Shown here: piece after piece, positions 37,624 to 46,527 of the stretch
Layout of the letters: each line of letters starts with the position of its first letter
Numbering within the stretch: the stretch's first letter is position 1
NCBI GenBank assembly: GCA_023267215.1
Contig: JAHFNS010000001.1
Span: forward strand, 98,736-162,735
Reading direction: 5' to 3'
DNA from: Candidatus Nomurabacteria bacterium
Lineage (GTDB): Bacteria; Patescibacteriota; Minisyncoccia; Phycocordibacterales; UBA9973
DNA: 64,000 nt
Program-made: the position numbers and the translations under genes
Notes under the pieces: model-generated
The model's input: only the letters and a program-made list of their open reading frames with translations
Databases searched by the model: none
What the model was told of the DNA's origin: nothing

Positions 37624-38478
37624 CTATTTGAACTTGTAATATACCTTATTCCCAAACCTTAGGTCAATGTATAAAAGCGAGGAATATTTATTCTTAAAAT
37701 CGGTCTGTAAAGGCTCTGTGGTTAAAACAGATTGTAAATTTTCTAAAACTTGTTCAAAATCAGAGTCAGCTTTAAAAATTATCTTTGGGCCCATTTGTGA
37801 TTTCAAAGACGAAGAAAGATAAATTTCAATATCTCCATTATCTAAAATATTAAAAATGGCTGGCTTTACACCTATTTTTTCTAAAGTATTTTTAAAAGAA
37901 ATCAATTTAGTAAAATAAGGAATATTCGTTTTGCCATAAAATTTTAAATATACTTCTCCAGAAAAATATGGCGCTTCGTCAAAGACATAGCCACTTTCAT
38001 CCATAAAATAGCATTTTTCATCATTAGAATTTGTTTCTTTCGTATTGGTATCCATCTTTTCTTCTAATTGTTCACCACAATATGTATATAAAGCAGTCCT
38101 TTCAACTAAAGAAACATTTAAGGTTTTTGAGTTTGATGTATTAAGAGAAATATTTTTTAATCTTTTAAATCTGAGAGTCAATTCATTTATTATTTCTCCT
38201 TTTGGATAAAGTAAAAAATTTGATTTTGGAAAAAAATAAAAATAGTAACCAAAAGTTTTGTCTTTGACAATATTTTTTATTGCTTCTGTTTCTATAACTT
38301 TGTTGCCAGTAATTTCTATATTAGAAATATTAAATTCTCCCCATCTTGAAAGAAAAGCAAGTCCAATAAAAATTGTCGCTAAAAATAAAGTCAGAAATAA
38401 TATTTTCTTGTATAAAATTTTATGTTTCTCTTTTTTTATTTTTAAAAGACGCGGAGAATTTAAAACGCTTTTTTGCAT
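37624..38478 (-). CDS. FtsQ/DivIB-like cell division protein (TM + POTRA)
   Basis: N-terminal TM (ILFLTLFLATIFIGLAFL) followed by ISNIEITGNKVIETEAIKNIV POTRA-like start. Confidence 0.5.
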   Translation of the reverse strand: MQKSVLNSPRLLKIKKEKHKILYKKILFLTLFLATIFIGLAFLSRWGEFNISNIEITGNKVIETEAIKNIVKDKTFGYYFYFFPKSNFLLYPKGEIINELTLRFKRLKNISLNTSNSKTLNVSLVERTALYTYCGEQLEEKMDTNTKETNSNDEKCYFMDESGYVFDEAPYFSGEVYLKFYGKTNIPYFTKLISFKNTLEKIGVKPAIFNILDNGDIEIYLSSSLKSQMGPKIIFKADSDFEQVLENLQSVLTTEPLQTDFKNKYSSLLYIDLRFGNKVYYKFK

Positions 38479-38492
38479 TACAAGTTAGTTTA

Positions 38493-39803
38493 TTATTTAA
38501 TAAACTCTTTATTTCCCATATATTTTCTCAATACTTCTGGAATCTTTATGGTACCGTCTGCTTGCTGATAATTTTCAAGAATAGCTGCCATTGTTCTACC
38601 CATGGCACATGCAGTAGCATCATTCATATGAACTGGCTCTATTTTACCGTCACTTCTTCTCACTCTCGTGTTTAAACGACGAGATTGAAAACTTGTCATT
38701 AAATCCGCAGTATGTGTTTCTCTATATAAATCTTGTCCTGGCATCCATGTTTCTATGTCTATTTGTCGATAATCTGGTTTCCCCATATCTCCAGTACAAA
38801 TCATTACTACTTGATAAGAAAGTTTTAAGGTTTGTAAAAAATATTCTTGTATAGCAACTAAAAATTCTTGCTCTTGAATTGAATTTTCTGGAAGACAAAA
38901 GGTTTCCATTTCAAGCTTCTCAAATTGGTGCACTCTTATTATTCCTTTTGTGTCTTTTCCTGCGGCTCCAGCCTCTCTTCGAAATGCCGGAGAATAACCT
39001 ATATATCTAAGAGGCATATCCTGTTCATTTAAAATTTTATCTATATGCATTGCCCCTAAAGTGTGTTCAGCACTTCCTATTAAATACAAATCATCAACTT
39101 CTAAATGATATTTATCTTCTTTTGGAAGGAGTCTTGCCATTTTAAGATAAACATTTGGTTTTATCATAAATGGAGGGATAACAGGAATGAATGGTTTAGA
39201 ACTTATATTTATATTTTTTTCTTTTACAATTTTTTCTAAAATTTCTCCGTTCGTAAAAATTTCTAAAAGATAATTTATCAGAGCAAACTGTAATAAAACT
39301 AGATCTCCCTTAAAATAAGTAAATCGAGCGCCTGTTACTTCTGCAGCAGTCGTATTATCCATAATTCCTAATTTCTCCCCTAATTCATAGTGTTCTTTGG
39401 GTTTAAAATCAAAAACTGGTTTTTCTCCCCAACTTCTTATAACTACATTCCCCGATTCATCTGGACCAATAGGAACATCTGGAGAAGTAACATTAGGAAT
39501 CTCCAACATCATTTTTTGCCATTCTTCCATAGTCGCTTTCAACTTTTCTTCTTTTTGTTTGATGTCTTCTTTAACAGCACGCATTTCTTCTATCAATTGC
39601 ATTTTTTGAACAGAATCTTGATTTCGAGAAATGTTATTGGAAACTTTATTCACTTCACTCCTTAAATCTTCAACTTCTTTAAGTTGTTTTAAACGTTCAT
39701 CGTCAAGCTCTATTAATTTAATAATATCAACATCGACAAATTTCTTTTTTGCTCCTTCTTGTACTATTTCTTTATTTTCACGAATAAATTTGATGTCTAA
39801 CAT
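38493..39803 (-). CDS. serS: seryl-tRNA synthetase
   Basis: Start at MLDIKFIRENKE (typical SerRS N-terminus). Track ORF extends 87 nt further, which is unlikely. Coiled-coil arm, class II motifs (FRREAGAAGKDTKGIIRVHQF, ...GRTMAAILEN). Confidence 0.9.
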   Translation of the reverse strand: MLDIKFIRENKEIVQEGAKKKFVDVDIIKLIELDDERLKQLKEVEDLRSEVNKVSNNISRNQDSVQKMQLIEEMRAVKEDIKQKEEKLKATMEEWQKMMLEIPNVTSPDVPIGPDESGNVVIRSWGEKPVFDFKPKEHYELGEKLGIMDNTTAAEVTGARFTYFKGDLVLLQFALINYLLEIFTNGEILEKIVKEKNINISSKPFIPVIPPFMIKPNVYLKMARLLPKEDKYHLEVDDLYLIGSAEHTLGAMHIDKILNEQDMPLRYIGYSPAFRREAGAAGKDTKGIIRVHQFEKLEMETFCLPENSIQEQEFLVAIQEYFLQTLKLSYQVVMICTGDMGKPDYRQIDIETWMPGQDLYRETHTADLMTSFQSRRLNTRVRRSDGKIEPVHMNDATACAMGRTMAAILENYQQADGTIKIPEVLRKYMGNKEFIK

Positions 39804-39826
39804 AAAGTTATTATATACTATAATGT

Positions 39827-40687
39827 ATGAAAATTCAAAAGCTCCCCAAAAATAAATTTCCGAAAGCATTATTAGAAATTCCACAACCACCAGAGCAGCT
39901 TTACATTATTGGCGAATTGCCAAAAGAAAATTTGATTTATTTATCTGTCGTCGGTTCTCGTAAATTTACTTCTTATGGAAAAGATATTTGTGAAAAAATA
40001 ATCGCAGGATTGAAAGGGTATCCGATAGCTATAGTTTCTGGCTTCGCTATAGGCATAGATACAATATCTCATAAAAAAGCAATGCAAGTAGGTTTAAAGA
40101 CAATAGTTTTTCCTGGATCAGGACTTTCTGATGAAGCGATTTATCCAAAAACAAATGTACGACTAATGAGAGAAGTAGTAGAAAATGGTGGCTGTCTAAT
40201 TTCAGAATTCGAACCAGATTTCAAAGCGACTCAGTGGAGCTTCCCTATGCGTAACAGACTCATGGCTGGTATTTCAAAGTCTGTACTTATTATAGAAGCC
40301 GAAGAAAAGTCTGGCACGCTCATCACCGCTCGCTTGGCCACAGAATACAATAGAGATGTGCTTGCAGTGCCTGGCTCTGTATTTTCATCAAGTTCAAGAG
40401 GTACCAATAAATTGATCAAGCAAGGAGCGACTCCAGTATCTTCGGCGGAAGATGTGCTCGAAGCTCTCGGATTCGAAATCAAAAAAGATGAAAGCAAACA
40501 AGCAAAACTTTTTGCTGACTTGTCTCCCGAAGAGAAAAAAGTAATAGATCTACTTCGTGAACCAATGCCTCGTGATGATTTGATTCGTGCAATGAAAATG
40601 CCGACACCGAATGCAAACGCCATCATCTCCATAATGGAAATAAAAGAATTAATTAAAGAAGAATTAGGCGAGATACGATTAGCATAA
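39827..40687 (+). CDS. dprA: DNA processing protein DprA (Smf)
   Basis: VVGSRKFTSYGKD...IVSGFAIGIDTISHKKAM...FPGSGL Rossmann-like DprA core plus C-terminal winged-helix-like tail. Confidence 0.85.
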   Translation: MKIQKLPKNKFPKALLEIPQPPEQLYIIGELPKENLIYLSVVGSRKFTSYGKDICEKIIAGLKGYPIAIVSGFAIGIDTISHKKAMQVGLKTIVFPGSGLSDEAIYPKTNVRLMREVVENGGCLISEFEPDFKATQWSFPMRNRLMAGISKSVLIIEAEEKSGTLITARLATEYNRDVLAVPGSVFSSSSRGTNKLIKQGATPVSSAEDVLEALGFEIKKDESKQAKLFADLSPEEKKVIDLLREPMPRDDLIRAMKMPTPNANAIISIMEIKELIKEELGEIRLA

Positions 40688-40692
40688 ACAAA

Positions 40693-40735
40693 AAAGTCAC
40701 ACAAGAAAGTGTAACTTTTTTGTGTGACTTGAATT
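40693..40735 (+). terminator. rho-independent terminator of dprA
   Basis: aaaaagtcacacaa-gaaagtgtaac-ttttttgtgtgactt inverted repeat with T-run. Confidence 0.7.
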
Positions 40736-40904
40736 TACTATTCAATTTTCTCAAATGTTTTGAGAAAATTATAACCATCTTCAATAGCTATAAATATTTT
40801 TCCAAATTTTTTCCTCCTCAGGAAATTATTGTTATTGAAATTTGTCAAAAATCTAAAGCTTATTTATTTGTCTATAATATAGCATATATAGATATAAAAG
40901 TCAA

Positions 40905-40932
40905 TTGCAAATATCAGGGATTTTGGTATAAT
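40905..40932 (+). promoter_or_regulatory. near-consensus sigma-70-like promoter (TTGCAA-16-TATAAT)
   Basis: ttgcaa at ~40905..40910, 16-nt spacer, tataat at ~40927..40932. Followed ~30 nt later by a hairpin terminator, defining a tiny transcription unit. Confidence 0.45.
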
Positions 40933-40938
40933 GTGAAT

Positions 40939-40992
40939 ACAAAGTGCCGAAAGGCTTCGAGAAACCCCGCTTCTGCGGGGTTTCGATTTTCT
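40939..40992 (+). ncRNA. candidate ~55-nt small RNA (GNRA-tetraloop hairpin + terminator hairpin)
   Basis: gccGAAAggc hairpin then aaaccccgc-ttct-gcggggttt followed by tcgattttc. Lies between the promoter above and the convergent mazF-like stop codon. Putative only. Confidence 0.3.
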
Positions 40993-41380
40993 ACAAAAAT
41001 AGTTTAAGTTTTTGTTTTATTTCATTAAAAAGATGGTCAGGCATTACATAGATATCTCTTTTTAATCTTTTCACACTAATCAATCTCATCTGAGCAAGTA
41101 TAGCTGACACTTTTTGATTATTTGGATCAATATAATTAAAATAAAAATCAAATTTCTTTTGTTTAGTTGAAAGTGGGACACACCAAAACATATGATTATT
41201 AAATTTCTTTACAATTAATACTGGACGAGAAAAACTATCTTCACTACCATTCTGCTCATATCCAATATTTCTACCTAAAGAACACATCCAGACTTCTCCT
41301 TCTTTAGGAAAATTATCAGGCATATTTTCTCTGGTATTTATTTTCTTTTTTAATTCGTTCCAATTATCAAATTCTTCCAT
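40991..41380 (-). CDS. MazF/PemK-family toxin (mRNA interferase)-like protein
   Basis: GEVWMCSLGRNIGYEQNGSEDSFSRPVLIVKKFNNHMFWCVPLSTKQK aligns with MazF GDLIWVDFDPTKGSEQAGHRPAVVL...CVPCTTQSK. No adjacent antitoxin ORF. Confidence 0.6.
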   Translation of the reverse strand: MEEFDNWNELKKKINTRENMPDNFPKEGEVWMCSLGRNIGYEQNGSEDSFSRPVLIVKKFNNHMFWCVPLSTKQKKFDFYFNYIDPNNQKVSAILAQMRLISVKRLKRDIYVMPDHLFNEIKQKLKLFL

Positions 41381-41507
41381 GTTTTTATTATCTCAAATAA
41401 TTAAATTTAATACAAATAAAAAAACTAAAATTTGCAAAAAAAATATATTTCGTGTAATACTTGAAGTTAGGTGCTAGCGACTAGTTGCTAGGGACTAGAA
41501 AAAATTT

Positions 41508-43781
41508 ATGAAATTACTCATTGTTGAATCACCATCAAAAGCAAAGACTATAGAAAAATATTTAGAAGGCGCATACACAGTGCGTGCTTCTATTGGACAT
41601 ATTCGTGATTTACCTAAATCAAACAAACAAGCGATAGATATCGAAGGTGGTTTCATTCCACATTATGAAATTTCAAAAGGTAAAGAAAAAGTTGTTCATG
41701 AACTTCAATCACTCGGAGAAAAAGCCACAGAGATATTGTTAGCGACAGACCCCGACCGTGAAGGAGAAGCTATAGCTTGGCATATAGAAGAACTTTTAAA
41801 GAAAGATAAAAAAATAAAAGCTAAAGCGAAACGTGTGACATTCCATGAAATAACAAAGGAAGCCGTAGAAGAAGCATTGAAACATCCTCGAAACATAGAC
41901 ACTGCTTTGAGAAAAGCTCAAGAAGCAAGACGTGTCCTCGACAGACTCGTAGGATATGATCTGTCTGGTTTGATATGGAAAAAAGTACGCTATGGACTCT
42001 CTGCAGGACGTGTTCAATCCCCTGCACTCCGCATAATAATGGAACGCGAAAGAGAAATCCGTGCTTTTGTGCCAGAGAAATATTGGAGAATATTAGGACT
42101 TTTTGAAACACCCAAAAAAGGAAAACTTACTTTAAATTGTTCTATTGAGCCAAGAGATGAAAAAGTTGTAGAAAAAATAATGGAAGAAGGCAATAGTAAA
42201 GATTGGTTTGTAACTGATGTCAAAGAGGGAGAGCAAAAGAGAGTTCCTCGTGCTCCGTTCACTACTTCCACATTACAACAGACAGCGAGCTCTCGCCTTG
42301 GATATTCCCCTTCTAGGACAATGCAAATAGCTCAAAAACTTTATGAAGCTGGACATATCACATACATGCGTACAGATAGTACAAATTTATCTCTTGTCGC
42401 TCAATCACAGATAGTTTCTATGATTGAAAAAAAATATGGGAAAAATTTTGCACAAGCAAGAATTTATAAAACAAAATCAAAAAATGCCCAAGAAGCACAC
42501 GAAGCTATTCGCCCAACTCATATAGAAAATATGTTGGCTGGCACAGATGAACAACAAAGACTTTATAGATTAATCTGGGAGCGTGCTGTTTCTTCACAAA
42601 TGGCAGATGCGAAATTATTGAAGACAAAAATAAGTGCGAATATAGCTTACAGCCCCAAAGACGGTCTTCGGGGAGCTCCCCGAAGACCGTCTTTGGGGCA
42701 ATTCGAATTCCCAGACTTCACAGCTGTCGGTTCCAGAATTCTTTTCTCTGGTTGGCTAGAAGTTGATAGAGATAGTGTCGGAGAAGATTTTGAATTACCA
42801 GAAGTAAAGAAGGGAGACAAATTAAAATTGTTAAATCTCGTTAATGAAGAAAAATTTACCGAACCACCAAATAGATATAGTGAAGCAGGCCTCATTAAAG
42901 AACTCGAGGCACGAGACATAGGTAGACCTTCTACTTATGCTTCCATAATGAAAACATTGGAAGACAGAGAATATGTCAGGAAAGAAGGCAAAACTCTATT
43001 CCCTACAGACGTCGGTGAAGTCGTGTCAGACTTCTTAGAAAATAATTTTGCAAATTATATCTCTGATACATTCACAGCTGAGATGGAAGACGAGCTAGAT
43101 GAAATATCTCGTGGTGAACGTGAATACGAAAAAACATTAAAAGATTTCTATGGACCATTCTTAAAAGAAATAAAAATAAAAGAAAAGTTAGAAAAAGCGA
43201 CAAATTTAGGAGAAGCACCAGAAGGTATAGTGTGTCCAAAATGTGGCAGTAAAATGATAGTGAAGCTTTCTCGTGCAGGAAAATTCTATTCTTGTATTAA
43301 ATATCCAGATTGTGACGGAGCCCTTATGATAGACGGTACAGAATTGAAAGGTCCAAAAGAAACTGGTGAGATGTGTCCCCAATGTGGACATAAGAGTGGA
43401 GGAAAAAAAGGAAATGGGGGTGGAGGAAAATTGATCATACGCGAGAGACGTGATGGCACTGGCACATTCATTTCTTGTTCTCGTTATCCAAAATGTAAGT
43501 TCATAAAAAAAGACGAAGCAGAAGAAGCAAAAAAAAGAACTGGGGTTATCTGTCCAACTTGCAAAAAAGGAGATATTTCTGAGCGCAAAGGAAGATTTGG
43601 AGTATTTTATTCCTGTTCAAACTATCCTGATTGTAAATTTGCAATTAAAGCAAAACCCACTGGTAAAACATGTGATAAATGTGGATCTTTAATGATGCAA
43701 GGTACAAAAACTATCCCTGATAGATGCAGTAATAATACATGTTTAAATTATCGACCTGATAAATTAAATAAAATTAAATAA
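41508..43781 (+). CDS. topA: DNA topoisomerase I with C-terminal zinc-ribbon repeats
   Basis: MKLLIVESPSKAKTIEKYLEG...GHIRDLP (TOPRIM), active-site region HITYMRTDS, four CxxC...CxxC zinc ribbons at the C-terminus. Carries an in-frame 46-bp palindrome at 42653..42698. Confidence 0.9.
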   Translation: MKLLIVESPSKAKTIEKYLEGAYTVRASIGHIRDLPKSNKQAIDIEGGFIPHYEISKGKEKVVHELQSLGEKATEILLATDPDREGEAIAWHIEELLKKDKKIKAKAKRVTFHEITKEAVEEALKHPRNIDTALRKAQEARRVLDRLVGYDLSGLIWKKVRYGLSAGRVQSPALRIIMEREREIRAFVPEKYWRILGLFETPKKGKLTLNCSIEPRDEKVVEKIMEEGNSKDWFVTDVKEGEQKRVPRAPFTTSTLQQTASSRLGYSPSRTMQIAQKLYEAGHITYMRTDSTNLSLVAQSQIVSMIEKKYGKNFAQARIYKTKSKNAQEAHEAIRPTHIENMLAGTDEQQRLYRLIWERAVSSQMADAKLLKTKISANIAYSPKDGLRGAPRRPSLGQFEFPDFTAVGSRILFSGWLEVDRDSVGEDFELPEVKKGDKLKLLNLVNEEKFTEPPNRYSEAGLIKELEARDIGRPSTYASIMKTLEDREYVRKEGKTLFPTDVGEVVSDFLENNFANYISDTFTAEMEDELDEISRGEREYEKTLKDFYGPFLKEIKIKEKLEKATNLGEAPEGIVCPKCGSKMIVKLSRAGKFYSCIKYPDCDGALMIDGTELKGPKETGEMCPQCGHKSGGKKGNGGGGKLIIRERRDGTGTFISCSRYPKCKFIKKDEAEEAKKRTGVICPTCKKGDISERKGRFGVFYSCSNYPDCKFAIKAKPTGKTCDKCGSLMMQGTKTIPDRCSNNTCLNYRPDKLNKIK
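42653..42698. repeat. family A GC-rich palindromic element, copy 2 (in topA, in-frame)
   Basis: ccccaaagacggtcttcgggg-agct-ccccgaagaccgtctttgggg. Perfect 21-bp arms, near-identical to copy 1. Confidence 0.8.
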
Positions 43782-43835
43782 TAAATTTAAATCTTAAAAA
43801 TTGAATAAAAATAACCATTATAATATAATGATATT

Positions 43836-45308
43836 ATGGCTGAAGTAAAAGAAATTATAAATCTCGTAAAAGGAGGTTTAAATAAAAAAGAAGAAGAGCT
43901 CGTAAGAAAAGCTTGTACTTTTGCTAAAAATGCACACGAAGGACAAAAAAGATTAAATGGAGACCCATATTTTATTCACGTATTTGAAACAGCAAAAATA
44001 TTAGCCAAACTTGGAATGGATGCCGAAACTATAGTCGCAGGATTTTTGCATGATGTACTCGAAGATACTAAAATTACGGCTGAAGAAATGAAAAAGGAAT
44101 TTGGAGAAAATATAGTATTTTTGGTAAATGGCGTCACGAAGCTTGGAACTTTAAAATATCATGGAGATGAACGACATGTAGAAAGTTTAAGAAAATTTTT
44201 TGTGGCAATGACAAATGATTTGCGAGTAGTGATCATAAAATTTGCAGACAGATTGCACAATCTTCGTACTCTTCAATATATAAAAGAAGACAAACAAAAA
44301 AGAATCGCTTTAGAATCTATCGAAGTTTATGCTCCACTTGCCAATCGTCTTGGAATGGGAAAATTAAAGGGTGAAATAGAAGATGCTGCTTTTCCTTATG
44401 CATATCCAAAAGAATATGCACAAATAGAAGAAATAATTAAAGAAAAAAGAAGTCTTTATGAAAAAAATTTAGAAGAAATACATAGAGAGCTTGAGAAAGA
44501 ATTATACAAAAACAATGTTAAAGTAATTGAAGTTAATTATAGATTAAAACACAGATATAGTTTGTGGAAAAAGCTTTTAAAGTACGACATGGATATCGAA
44601 AAATTAAATGATATTATAGCTTTGCGTGTTATTGTAGAAAATATAGAAGATTGTTATAAAGTGTTAGGTATTATCCATTCTATTTGGAGACCATTACCTG
44701 GTAGAATTAAAGATTATATCGCTGTTCCTAAACCCAATGGATATCGTTCAATTCACACTACTATTTTTACTGGTTCAGGTGGAGTAGCAGAAATTCAAAT
44801 AAGAACACAAGAAATGCATGCTGAAGCAGCCTATGGTGTTGCTGCCCATTTTGCTTATAAAGAAAAAAAGAAAAATAAAACTGACAATGATGAAAAATCT
44901 AAATTTAAGTGGATTGAAGAATTAAAAAACTTCAATTATGAATTAGATAATCCTAAAAAATATTTAGAACACTTAAAAACTGATTTCTTTAATGACCGTA
45001 TTTTTATTTTTACCCCCAAAGGAGATGTAATTGATTTACCGGAAGATTCTAGTCCAGTAGATTTTGCGTATTCTATTCACTCAGATGTTGGCGATCATGT
45101 CGCTGGAGTTAAAATCAACAATAAAATGGTTCCGATTATTTCTAAATTAAAAAATGGAGATATTGTCGAAATAGTAACTAAAAAAGATGCTCATCCTTCA
45201 AGTAAATGGTTAGAAATTTCAAAAACAAATATTGCTAAAAAAAATATTAGATCTTACTTAGAAAAAAATAGCCTACTTTCTAAACTTAAATCTTTTGGTC
45301 GCAGTTAA
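43836..45308 (+). CDS. (p)ppGpp synthetase/hydrolase, short RSH (HD + synthetase + TGS)
   Basis: HD domain (HVFETA...GFLHDVLEDT), synthetase domain (YRSIHTTIF, RVIVE), TGS-like C-terminus (IFIFTPKGDVIDLPEDSSPVDFAYSIHSDVG). 490 aa, no ACT domain. Confidence 0.8.
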   Translation: MAEVKEIINLVKGGLNKKEEELVRKACTFAKNAHEGQKRLNGDPYFIHVFETAKILAKLGMDAETIVAGFLHDVLEDTKITAEEMKKEFGENIVFLVNGVTKLGTLKYHGDERHVESLRKFFVAMTNDLRVVIIKFADRLHNLRTLQYIKEDKQKRIALESIEVYAPLANRLGMGKLKGEIEDAAFPYAYPKEYAQIEEIIKEKRSLYEKNLEEIHRELEKELYKNNVKVIEVNYRLKHRYSLWKKLLKYDMDIEKLNDIIALRVIVENIEDCYKVLGIIHSIWRPLPGRIKDYIAVPKPNGYRSIHTTIFTGSGGVAEIQIRTQEMHAEAAYGVAAHFAYKEKKKNKTDNDEKSKFKWIEELKNFNYELDNPKKYLEHLKTDFFNDRIFIFTPKGDVIDLPEDSSPVDFAYSIHSDVGDHVAGVKINNKMVPIISKLKNGDIVEIVTKKDAHPSSKWLEISKTNIAKKNIRSYLEKNSLLSKLKSFGRS

Positions 45309-46342
45309 ACACTAAAATTAGAAATATCGTAAAGATTGTCATTATTTTCCTCTTCTTTTATTTCTTCTTTACTTCTATCATCTAATGGAACATCTGTTGG
45401 AATTTCTGCAGCAAGATTATCCATAGGATCAATGATTGTTTCAGTTTGTATTCCACCCTCTGGTGCATTACTTTTTGCTATATAATTTTCAAGCATATCA
45501 TCTGCTCTTTTTTCTACACTTGTTTTATTAATCAAATCTAAAATAGTTCTTAAATCATCTGTAGAAAAAAAATCTATCTTAATTTGTCCGCCTAATTCAT
45601 GTCTATCTATATGTACCCTGGTGCCTAATTTATCTTGAAATTCTTCTTCTAGTTCTACTATCTCTGGATCAGGCATAAATTCTTTTTTACGCACACGATC
45701 ATAGGCTATTTTTCTAGCTAATCTTTCTGCCTCTCGTACGGTTATTTTTTTATAAACAATTTCTTTAAACAAAACAATCTGCTCTTCAGGATGATCTACA
45801 AGCATGAGCAATGGCCTAGTATGACCTTCAGTAATTTTTCCTTCTGATAATGCATTCAATATTTCTTCTGGTAAAGATAAAATACGCAAAGAATTTGAAA
45901 CATATTCCCTACTTCTACCCATTTTTTTAGCTATTTCAGCATGAGTAAATTTAAATTCATTTGCTAAACGAAAAAAAGCACGAGCCCGATCAACTACATT
46001 TAAATCTTCTCGTTGTAAATTCTCTATTATAGCCAATTCAAGTTTTGTCATAGAAGAATCACCTGTTCGAATTATAACTGGCACTTGAGATACTCGTGCT
46101 AAAATAGCAGCTCGGAGTCTACGTTCTCCAGCGATAAGCTCATATTCTGTCATTAAACCACCATCTTCTTTTTCTACTTCCACTCGAGAAACTATCAAGG
46201 GAGAAAGTACTCCATACTGTTTTATAGAATCGGATAAATCTTGTAATCGAGCTTCATCAAAGTCTCGACGAGGTTGATATGGATTTGGTTTGATTTTATC
46301 TGTATCAACCCAGAAAATTGAATTGGAATATAATGTGGACAT
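45305..46342 (-). CDS. parB: chromosome partitioning protein ParB/Spo0J
   Basis: ParB box LIAGERRLRAAILA, HTH region, acidic C-terminal tail. Confidence 0.8.
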   Translation of the reverse strand: MSTLYSNSIFWVDTDKIKPNPYQPRRDFDEARLQDLSDSIKQYGVLSPLIVSRVEVEKEDGGLMTEYELIAGERRLRAAILARVSQVPVIIRTGDSSMTKLELAIIENLQREDLNVVDRARAFFRLANEFKFTHAEIAKKMGRSREYVSNSLRILSLPEEILNALSEGKITEGHTRPLLMLVDHPEEQIVLFKEIVYKKITVREAERLARKIAYDRVRKKEFMPDPEIVELEEEFQDKLGTRVHIDRHELGGQIKIDFFSTDDLRTILDLINKTSVEKRADDMLENYIAKSNAPEGGIQTETIIDPMDNLAAEIPTDVPLDDRSKEEIKEEENNDNLYDISNFSV

Positions 46343-46438
46343 AAATTGATTTTAGCATAAATTAGAAAAATAAAAAAATTGATTTTGAGCATAAATTTGT
46401 GTAGAATGTGTGAATTGTTAATTAGTAATTAAAAAGAA

Positions 46439-46522
46439 GCCCAGGTGGCGGAATTGGTAGACGCGATAGACTCAAAATCTATTGGTGGCAACATCATGAG
46501 AGTTCGATTCTCTCCCTGGGCA
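46439..46522 (+). tRNA. tRNA-Leu (anticodon CAA)
   Basis: GCCCAGGTGGCGGAATTGGTAGACGCGATAGACTCAAAATCTATTGGTGGCAACATCATGAGAGTTCGATTCTCTCCCTGGGCA. Long variable arm, anticodon loop CU-CAA-AA, GTTCGATTC T-loop. Confidence 0.85.
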
Positions 46523-46527
46523 CAAAT

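Noticed and set aside
40720-41007. 95-aa plus-strand ORF between dprA and the mazF-like gene
   Set aside because: It is low-complexity (F/K/Y/I-rich) with no RBS. The region is better explained by the dprA terminator, a consensus promoter, a short hairpin RNA and the shared terminator.
42647-42919. Minus-strand 90-aa ORF inside topA ending ...PKDGLRGAPRRPSLGL
   Set aside because: It is antisense to topA. The palindrome encodes the same peptide on both strands, which creates an illusory ORF.
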